A program made the translations under genes and the position numbers. The notes beneath the pieces are model-generated. The model ran no database searches, had not been told where the DNA came from, and worked only from the letters and a program-made list of their open reading frames with translations. Positions 57,596-64,000 of a stretch of DNA of 64,000 bases are shown here, in pieces. The stretch is taken from assembly GCA_002708085.1 (NCBI GenBank), contig PAOU01000011.1:55556-119555 (forward strand). Reading direction: 5' to 3'. The first letter of the stretch is position 1, and each line of letters starts with the position of its first letter. Source of the stretch: Dehalococcoidia bacterium. Its GTDB lineage: Bacteria > Chloroflexota > Dehalococcoidia > Lucifugimonadales > Lucifugimonadaceae.

Positions 57596-58198
57596 TTACT
57601 CCTTTTGCTGAGCTCTATTTTTTTCTAAAATGAAGCTATTTAAAACTCCTTTTATAAATCTATCTGAATTTTCTCCACCAAAAATAAATGCCAATTTTGA
57701 AAATTTTTCTATTAATGACTTTATTGTTTTGGAATCATACAATGATTCTTCTATTTCTATCAATCCTAATCTTAAAATATTTCTATCGATTACTGCTATC
57801 TGAAAAGTAGGATATTCGGTCGCAAGAGTATGAATTTTCATATCTAACTCTTTTTTATTTTCTCTAATTTTATTTATATTATCTAAAATAAATTCAAGGT
57901 TAACTGACTCTAAAGAATAATTATTAGAAATTCTTTGAATAACTTTGTCATAATCATTTCCATTTAAGTCTATTTCAAATAAAGATTGTAGTGTTATTAC
58001 TCTATCAATTTGTTTTTTATTATTTGGAAATTCCAAATTGTTTTCTTCAATTTGAGATACAGAATAATCATCAAAATTCCCCTCTACCATAATATTAAGA
58101 TCATCACTTTCTTTATTTTCTTCTTGAATTATTTCTGTGTTATTACTAATAGTATTTATAGTAATGTTTTTTATTGTTTCTTGAGAAATTGAAGTCAT
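57596..58198 (-). CDS. nusB: Transcription antitermination factor NusB with an acidic, low-complexity N-terminal extension (or a later internal start)
   Basis: The C-terminal roughly 135 aa align by eye with NusB: [44 protein letters not shown]. Confidence 0.7.
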   Translation of the reverse strand: MTSISQETIKNITINTISNNTEIIQEENKESDDLNIMVEGNFDDYSVSQIEENNLEFPNNKKQIDRVITLQSLFEIDLNGNDYDKVIQRISNNYSLESVNLEFILDNINKIRENKKELDMKIHTLATEYPTFQIAVIDRNILRLGLIEIEESLYDSKTIKSLIEKFSKLAFIFGGENSDRFIKGVLNSFILEKNRAQQKE

Positions 58199-58203
58199 GA
58201 ATT

Positions 58204-59145
58204 CTATTTTATGATTTTATTAGCTGAGTCATAATCACTTATGTTAATAAGGTCAAAATCGCCTGGTATTCTTTTGATAAGGTTTGTTAAAACTTTACCA
58301 GGACCTATTTCAATAAATGTATTACATCCTTCATCTATTAAATAATCTAAAGTTTTGGACCACTGAACACAAGATTTCATTTGGTTAATTAATTCTTGTT
58401 TTAATTCTTCACCTTTTTCAATGGGTTTTGCTTTAACATTACTTATGATAGGGAATTTGGGATTTGTGAAATTTAATGAATCTAACATTTCAGTTAATCC
58501 ATCTACAGCTGGTTGCATAAGTTCTGAATGGAAGGCACCAGAAACAGGTAGAGTGACAACTCTTTTAGCCCCTCTAGCATTCAGTAAGTCTATTGCTCTT
58601 GCTAAACTCATATGATCACCGCTAATAACAATTTGAGAAATAGAATTAATGTTGGAAGTGTATGTGCCAGTTTCTCTACATACTTCTTCTACTGTAAGTT
58701 CGTCTACGCCTATTATAGCAACCATTCCACCTGGGTTTTCATTACAAGCGATTTGCATCAACCTTCCTCTTTCTACTACCAATTTAATAGTTTCATCTAT
58801 TGTTAGAGCTCCAGAAGCCGCCAATGAGGTGTATTCTCCTAGGCTGTGACCAGCAGTATAGTTAATTTTATATGAATTTTCAGTGATTTCATTTAAGTAA
58901 GCCAAACACGCTAATGATGTAGCTGTAATTGCTGGTTGAGCATTTTTAGTTTCATTAAGTTCTTTTTCTGGCCCATCAAAAATAATCTTAGTTAAATCTC
59001 TGCCAAGAGCATCATTTACTTGGGTGTATACATCTTTAGCAGCTTGGCTTTTCTCTATTAGATCTTTTCCCATTCCTACAAATTGAGAACCTTGACCAGG
59101 AAATAGTAATACGGGATTTGATTCTAAAGTAGCTTTATTAGTCAT
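58204..59145 (-). CDS. fabD: Malonyl-CoA:ACP transacylase
   Basis: LFPGQGSQFVGMG, active-site GHSLGEYT, SGAFHS motifs. Confidence 0.9.
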   Translation of the reverse strand: MTNKATLESNPVLLFPGQGSQFVGMGKDLIEKSQAAKDVYTQVNDALGRDLTKIIFDGPEKELNETKNAQPAITATSLACLAYLNEITENSYKINYTAGHSLGEYTSLAASGALTIDETIKLVVERGRLMQIACNENPGGMVAIIGVDELTVEEVCRETGTYTSNINSISQIVISGDHMSLARAIDLLNARGAKRVVTLPVSGAFHSELMQPAVDGLTEMLDSLNFTNPKFPIISNVKAKPIEKGEELKQELINQMKSCVQWSKTLDYLIDEGCNTFIEIGPGKVLTNLIKRIPGDFDLINISDYDSANKIIK

Positions 59146-59147
59146 AT

Positions 59148-59360
59148 TTAAGATTGAGGTTGATCTGAGTTTGTATTTACATTATTTATCACACCAATAT
59201 ATCTTCCCCTATAATGACCACAATGAGAACATGCTCTATGAGGTAATGTTTTTTCGGGGCATGCAGGACATTTTATTAAGCTAATTCGAGTTAACCCTTG
59301 ATGAGCTCTCTTTTTTCTAGTCCTAGATCTAGAATGTTTCTTTTTTGGTAATGGTGCCAT
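59148..59360 (-). CDS. rpmF: 50S ribosomal protein L32 (zinc-ribbon form)
   Basis: PKKKHSRSRTRKKRAH then CPAC...CSHCG. Confidence 0.85.
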   Translation of the reverse strand: MAPLPKKKHSRSRTRKKRAHQGLTRISLIKCPACPEKTLPHRACSHCGHYRGRYIGVINNVNTNSDQPQS

Positions 59361-59625
59361 AATTTTATTTTAAATGATTTCGATTAATACGAAGGAATTA
59401 TCGGTCTAAATGATTTTTTTTTCAAGTAATTTTTAACCCTTTATATTGCAGATCCTTGAATAAAGATAAAATAATAGAGAATTTTTCCAATTTTGTTCTT
59501 ATTAAAATTGTTTAATTGGTAAAAGTGACTTTGTTATGTAGATTTTTATTAAAAGAGTTAGATACTATTTAAATAGCTTAAGAAAATAGAATTAATATAG
59601 GTACACTTCACTATTGTAGGCAAGA

Positions 59626-60120
59626 ATGAAGAATCGAGTAATAGGCATAGATCCAGGATTATCAAATACTGGATATGGAATTCTAGATTTTAATAGGGAT
59701 AAGCTTCAACCTTTAGAAGGTGGAGTTTGTAAAACTGTGACTTCAGATAATTTGGAAAATAGACTTAAATCTATTTTTGAAGATATTAGAGAAGTAGTTA
59801 TTGAGTACAAGCCAAAAATTATGGCAGTTGAAGACCTGCATTCAAGATATAGGAATTTAAAAACAGCTATAATTATGGGTCATGCGAGAGGAGTAGTCTG
59901 TTTAGTCGCATCTCTATATGATATTCCTGTATTTCATTATCAACCTACTCAGATAAAAAATATTATAACTGGATCTGGTAGAGCTGATAAAATTCAAATA
60001 CAAAGATCAATATCAAGGTTATTAAATTTAAATTTTGATAATCTTAGCGAACATGTAGCAGATGCCTATGCTGCAGCAATATGTTATTCAAGGATGTTTA
60101 ATAATGTATCCTATAAATGA
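59626..60120 (+). CDS. ruvC: Holliday junction resolvase RuvC
   Basis: VIGIDPGLSNTGYGIL, MAVEDL, HVADAYAAAIC motifs. Confidence 0.9.
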   Translation: MKNRVIGIDPGLSNTGYGILDFNRDKLQPLEGGVCKTVTSDNLENRLKSIFEDIREVVIEYKPKIMAVEDLHSRYRNLKTAIIMGHARGVVCLVASLYDIPVFHYQPTQIKNIITGSGRADKIQIQRSISRLLNLNFDNLSEHVADAYAAAICYSRMFNNVSYK

Positions 60121-60133
60121 AGGAAGGTTTTAA

Positions 60134-60790
60134 TTGATTAGTTTTTTGAAAGGTTCTTTAAGAAAATTACCACTTGGTAATTCTAAATTGGAAATTCTTG
60201 TTAATGGAATAGGTTATGAAGTATTATTACCTGTTTTTGTTTTTGAATCTCTTCATTTAAAACAATTAGAAATAAATGATGAAATAGAATTAGAGATTTA
60301 TTATCATGCTACTGAAAGAAGCCCGAAGCCAATACTAGTAGGATTTAATTCTATTCAGGAGAAGAATTTTTTTGAACAAATGATTCAAGTAGAAGGAGTA
60401 GGCCCTCAAAAAGCTGTGACTGCCTTAATTTTTCCTATTCATGTGATTGCTAGAGCTATAGAAACCGAAGATGTTCATACTCTTACTCAAATGCCGGGTA
60501 TTGGTTCAAGGGCTGCCCAGAAAATTGTTGCAACTCTTAAAGGAAAAGTAGGGGATTCTACTTCAGCTTTGATAGAAGATAAGGTAGAGCAATCAGATGA
60601 TGCTGATATAGATAGAAAATTAAATTTAAGGAAAGAAGCTTCTACTATTCTTGTTAATCTAGGATATAAAGAGCAAGAAGCAATTCGAAGTATAAATGAG
60701 GCTACAGAAAATAATTCTGATTTAGAAAATGATTTAGAAGCTTTAATAAGAGAAATATTTAAGAAGAAACAAGATATTAGTAATAGTTAG
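60134..60790 (+). CDS. ruvA: Holliday junction branch-migration complex subunit RuvA
   Basis: MISFLKG.., VNGIGYEV, HhH pair (VEGVGPQKA, MPGIGSRAAQKIV). TTG start. Confidence 0.85.
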   Translation: MISFLKGSLRKLPLGNSKLEILVNGIGYEVLLPVFVFESLHLKQLEINDEIELEIYYHATERSPKPILVGFNSIQEKNFFEQMIQVEGVGPQKAVTALIFPIHVIARAIETEDVHTLTQMPGIGSRAAQKIVATLKGKVGDSTSALIEDKVEQSDDADIDRKLNLRKEASTILVNLGYKEQEAIRSINEATENNSDLENDLEALIREIFKKKQDISNS

Positions 60791-60796
60791 GTAGAT

Positions 60797-61846
60797 TTGG
60801 CTAGAGAAGAAATAATAAAAAATTTTGATACAGAAGATTTAGAAGATCAAAATGATATAGAAGAAGTTTATCAATCTATAAATTTGAGACCAAAAAATTT
60901 ATTAGAATATGTTGGTCAAAAATCTGTTGTAAATAGTCTTCAAACTGCTATGAAAGCTGCTAAAAATAGAAAAGAACCTTTGGAACATGTGCTTTTTCAT
61001 GGGCCACCTGGGTTAGGTAAAACTACCCTTGCGCATGTTATAGCAACAGAATCTGGTTACAAAATAATCCATACATCTGGACCTAGTTTAGAAAGACCAG
61101 CTGATATGGTAGGTTTATTGTCAAATCTTAATTTTGGAGATGTGCTTTTTATTGATGAAATACATCGTATATCAAAAGGTGTAGAAGAATATATGTATTC
61201 TGCAATGGAAGATTTTAAAGTGGATTTTATTACTGGATCTGGAACATTTGCAAAAACTCTTTCTTTTCCTTTACAGAGATTTACTTTAGTGGGTGCGACT
61301 ACACGAGCAGGAATGCTATCTGCTCCTCTTAGAGATAGATTTGGTTTAACTTATCATGTTGATTATTATTCTCCAGAAGAACTAAGTAATGTAATTAAAA
61401 GGTCATCTGAATTATTGGGTATTAAAATATCTAATGAAGGATCATATGAAATAGCAAATAGATCTAGAGGTACTCCTAGGATTGCTAACAGGTTATTAAG
61501 AAGAGTTAGAGATTATTCTGAAGTTCATGAGAATGGAAATATTGATAAAAATATTTCTCAGAAAGCTTTGCAATCTGAAGGAGTTGATGAGTTAGGGTTA
61601 GATAGGTTAGATCGAGAATATTTAAAAACTTTGTTAGTCAATTATAAGGGTGGTCCGGCAGGAATAGAAGCTTTAGCTGCTACAATAAATGAAGAATCTC
61701 AAACATTAATGGATGTTGTAGAGCCTTTTCTTCTTAAGATAGGATTTGTTGTTAGAACTCCTTCAGGTAGAAAAGCAACTGAAAAAGCTTACTCTTATTT
61801 AAATATTAGTAATAACAAAAAATCTGACCAAGCTCAGCTTTTTTAA
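60797..61846 (+). CDS. ruvB: Holliday junction branch-migration ATPase RuvB
   Basis: LRPKNLLEYVGQ, Walker A GPPGLGKTT, Walker B LFIDEIHR, RGTPRIANRLLRRVRD. TTG start. Confidence 0.95.
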   Translation: MAREEIIKNFDTEDLEDQNDIEEVYQSINLRPKNLLEYVGQKSVVNSLQTAMKAAKNRKEPLEHVLFHGPPGLGKTTLAHVIATESGYKIIHTSGPSLERPADMVGLLSNLNFGDVLFIDEIHRISKGVEEYMYSAMEDFKVDFITGSGTFAKTLSFPLQRFTLVGATTRAGMLSAPLRDRFGLTYHVDYYSPEELSNVIKRSSELLGIKISNEGSYEIANRSRGTPRIANRLLRRVRDYSEVHENGNIDKNISQKALQSEGVDELGLDRLDREYLKTLLVNYKGGPAGIEALAATINEESQTLMDVVEPFLLKIGFVVRTPSGRKATEKAYSYLNISNNKKSDQAQLF

Positions 61847-63669
61847 TTATTTAAATCATCAAAAGAAGATTGATGTTTTGCCCATAGATTCGAATATAAT
61901 CCTTTGTTTTTCATCAACTCTTCATGTGGACCAACTTCTAATATTTTTCCTTTATCTAATACTACTATTTTGTCTGCATTTTTAATTGTTGATAATCTAT
62001 GAGCAATAATAATACCCGTTCTGTTTTTTAAAACCTTATTTAAAGCGTTTTGTATTTTCAATTCTGTATAACTGTCAATATATGCAGTAGCTTCATCTAA
62101 GATAAAAATTTTAGAATCACATACTAAGGCTCTTGCAAAACTAAGTAATTGTTTTTCTCCAATAGATAAATTTGAGCCCCCTTCATATAAGTGCGTAGAA
62201 TATGTATCTGGTAATCTGTTAATGAATTCATCTGCACCTACAGTTTTACTTGCTTCAATAATTTCTTCATCTGATGCATTAGTTCTATATCTAATGTTTT
62301 CTAGAACAGTACCAGAAAATATTACAGGATCTTGGAGAACCATGCTTATATTTAATCCTAAGGAATCTTGAGTAACTTTTCTTATATCTTGATTATCGAT
62401 TAGAATTTCTCCATCCCATATTTCATAAAACCTGTGAATTAAAGCTGCAATACTTGTTTTTCCAGATCCTGTCGGTCCCACAAGACCTATAGTTTCATTT
62501 TCTTTAATTGATAAATTTATATCACTTAAAATTTGATTATTACTTTCATAACCAAAATCCACATTCTTAAGTTCAATTTTACCTTTTTCGATTTTTAATG
62601 GTTTTGAATTTGGTTCGTCTTTGATTTCAATAGGTAGTTCTAATAGTTCAAAAATTCTATGACCTGATGCCATTGCTCTTTGCACAACGCTATAATGCAT
62701 TGTAAGAGTTCTAATAGGATCAAATAGGCGCTGTATGTACAGTAATGATGCAACCATTATTCCTATCTCTATAGATCCATTTGTTACTAGATACCCTCCA
62801 ATAACAATAATTATTGCCATAGATAATCCTGTTAAAGTTTCAACTGGAGGCATAATTCCTGATCCATATTTAGCTGCTTTATCTTGTTTTTCTAAGCTAT
62901 CAGCTATTTTTTCATCAAATATTTCTTGATTTCTTATTTCTCTATTTAATGATTGTGTAACTCTCACACCGTTAAGGTGTTCATTTAATACTCCTGAAAC
63001 TATAGATCTAGCTTTACTTGCATCAAGAAATGCTCTTCTGGCCATTGGTAACCAAAATATTTTTACTAAAATTAAAATTGGAAGAACGATCAAAATCATT
63101 AATCCCATGATCCAATTTAAAGTGATTAAAATTATTGCAACACATATTAAAGTGAGTATATCTGCAATAGCATGTATTCCTGCTTGGAAAAGTTCCTGAA
63201 GAGCTCCGACATCTCCTTGAACCCTTGACATCAAGCCTCCATATTTAGTTTTATCAGCAAAAGACATGGAAAGTTTTTGTAAATGATTAAACATTTTTGT
63301 TCTGATATCATAAATCACATTTTCTCCTATCTTTCCTAAAAGTTTTTGTTGGAAATAATTTGAAAATAGATGAATAAATGAAGCAATTATTAAAACTACG
63401 AACATTAAATTTAGAGCTAGAGAGTTTTTTTCAGAAATAGCATTATCAATTGTTATTTTAACTAACACAGGAATGGCTACCACAACACCCGCAAATAATA
63501 ATACAGCAATAAGACCACCAAAAACTTTCTTTTTATATGGTTTTAAGTATTTAATAAATTTATTTAAAACTTCTTGATCGTAGGAAGAAATTACCTCTAA
63601 GCTATCTTCAAGAAATTCTGCTTTCTTTTCTCTTTCTTTTATTTTTGCTGATTTATTAATACTAATCAT
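61843..63669 (-). CDS. ABC exporter, fused permease/ATPase (MsbA/MdlB-like half-transporter)
   Basis: 608 aa. Six N-terminal TM helices, Walker A GPTGSGKTS, signature LSIGEKQLL, Walker B ILDEATA. Confidence 0.8.
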   Translation of the reverse strand: MISINKSAKIKEREKKAEFLEDSLEVISSYDQEVLNKFIKYLKPYKKKVFGGLIAVLLFAGVVVAIPVLVKITIDNAISEKNSLALNLMFVVLIIASFIHLFSNYFQQKLLGKIGENVIYDIRTKMFNHLQKLSMSFADKTKYGGLMSRVQGDVGALQELFQAGIHAIADILTLICVAIILITLNWIMGLMILIVLPILILVKIFWLPMARRAFLDASKARSIVSGVLNEHLNGVRVTQSLNREIRNQEIFDEKIADSLEKQDKAAKYGSGIMPPVETLTGLSMAIIIVIGGYLVTNGSIEIGIMVASLLYIQRLFDPIRTLTMHYSVVQRAMASGHRIFELLELPIEIKDEPNSKPLKIEKGKIELKNVDFGYESNNQILSDINLSIKENETIGLVGPTGSGKTSIAALIHRFYEIWDGEILIDNQDIRKVTQDSLGLNISMVLQDPVIFSGTVLENIRYRTNASDEEIIEASKTVGADEFINRLPDTYSTHLYEGGSNLSIGEKQLLSFARALVCDSKIFILDEATAYIDSYTELKIQNALNKVLKNRTGIIIAHRLSTIKNADKIVVLDKGKILEVGPHEELMKNKGLYSNLWAKHQSSFDDLNN

Positions 63670-64000
63670 GACAAGGATTTTTCTTTTTCATATTTTGGAT
63701 GTTGTATATCAGATATGGTTTTATAGATTCCATCTTTTTTTAATAACTCTGATGGGGTTCCCCTTTGAGAGATGTTTCCTTTATCAAGTACAATGATTTC
63801 ATTTGCGTGTTCTAAAGAATCAATTCTATGAGAAATGATAATTGTGATTTGAGATGAAATAGATGTTTCCAGATGTTCACGAATTTTTTGATCTGTAATT
63901 GAATCTAATGCGCTTAGTGAATCATCAAAAATTACTAAAGAAGGTTTCTTTAATAATGTTCTGGCTATAGAAATTCTTTGTTTTTGTCCTCCAGATAAGG
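63666..64000 (-). CDS. ABC exporter half-transporter, C-terminal end only (rest lies outside the window)
   Basis: Hand translation of the minus strand from 63998: LSGGQKQRISIARTLLKKPSLVIFDDSLSALD...ISHRIDSLEHANEIIVLDKG... The stop TGA (63666-63668) overlaps the next gene's ATG (ATGA). Confidence 0.75.
   Translation of the reverse strand, partial: LSGGQKQRISIARTLLKKPSLVIFDDSLSALDSITDQKIREHLETSISSQITIIISHRIDSLEHANEIIVLDKGNISQRGTPSELLKKDGIYKTISDIQHPKYEKEKSLS

Noticed and set aside
1-64000. CRISPR arrays, transposases/IS elements, prophage, toxin-antitoxin or known defence gene signatures.
   Set aside because: No spaced direct repeats and no ORF with the corresponding motifs were seen. Nearly every ORF of 60 aa or more that is not a shadow frame has a housekeeping or transport/metabolic assignment.

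Overview
Strongly AT-rich (by eye, not computed), very gene-dense bacterial chromosomal segment. I call 66 protein-coding genes (two cut by the window edges) and 2 tRNAs (Glu-UUC, Ser-UGA). There is no rRNA, CRISPR array, transposase, integrase, phage gene or recognisable defence gene.

Content is almost entirely core housekeeping:
- DNA repair and replication: recG, nth, lexA, polA, ligA, ftsK, a family-4 UDG, ruvCAB.
- Translation: metG, lysS, serS, tyrS, pth, rpsT, infC-rpmI-rplT, rpmF, rsmI, rsmD, tsaD, a RumA-type methyltransferase.
- Cofactor and lipid metabolism: lipA, coaD, ribF, thiGES, fabI, fabD, acpP, a fused accD-accA.
- Aromatic amino-acid genes: a DAHP synthase, an AroH-type chorismate mutase, trpA.
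- Respiration: ctaA, ctaB.
- Export and quality control: the Tat system, ftsH.
- Accessory-looking modules: an Fe(III)-type ABC importer, an MFS transporter, two enolase-superfamily acid-sugar dehydratase candidates (one next to an HpcH-family aldolase), and a tandem ABC exporter pair.

The genetic code looks standard, since TGA, TAA and TAG all close recognisable genes. TTG and GTG starts are frequent, and Shine-Dalgarno-like AAGGAG/GGGAG sequences sit 5-8 nt upstream of many starts. A lipoprotein binding protein with a long repeat linker, plus enolase-superfamily and amidohydrolase paralogues, would fit a streamlined marine monoderm lineage such as SAR202-type Chloroflexota. That is inference only.

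I do not see a convincing novel multi-gene system. The best leads are:
- Three genes whose conserved or SD-positioned 5' ends precede the first canonical start codon (rsmD, the MFS gene, the Fe-binding protein gene).
- A short SD-driven upstream frame ending 2 nt before the infC start.
- A single-polypeptide AccD-AccA.
- An rpmF-fabD-nusB-acpP-udg gene string.
- A few orphan proteins.
- Convergent genes that abut or overlap with no terminator space.
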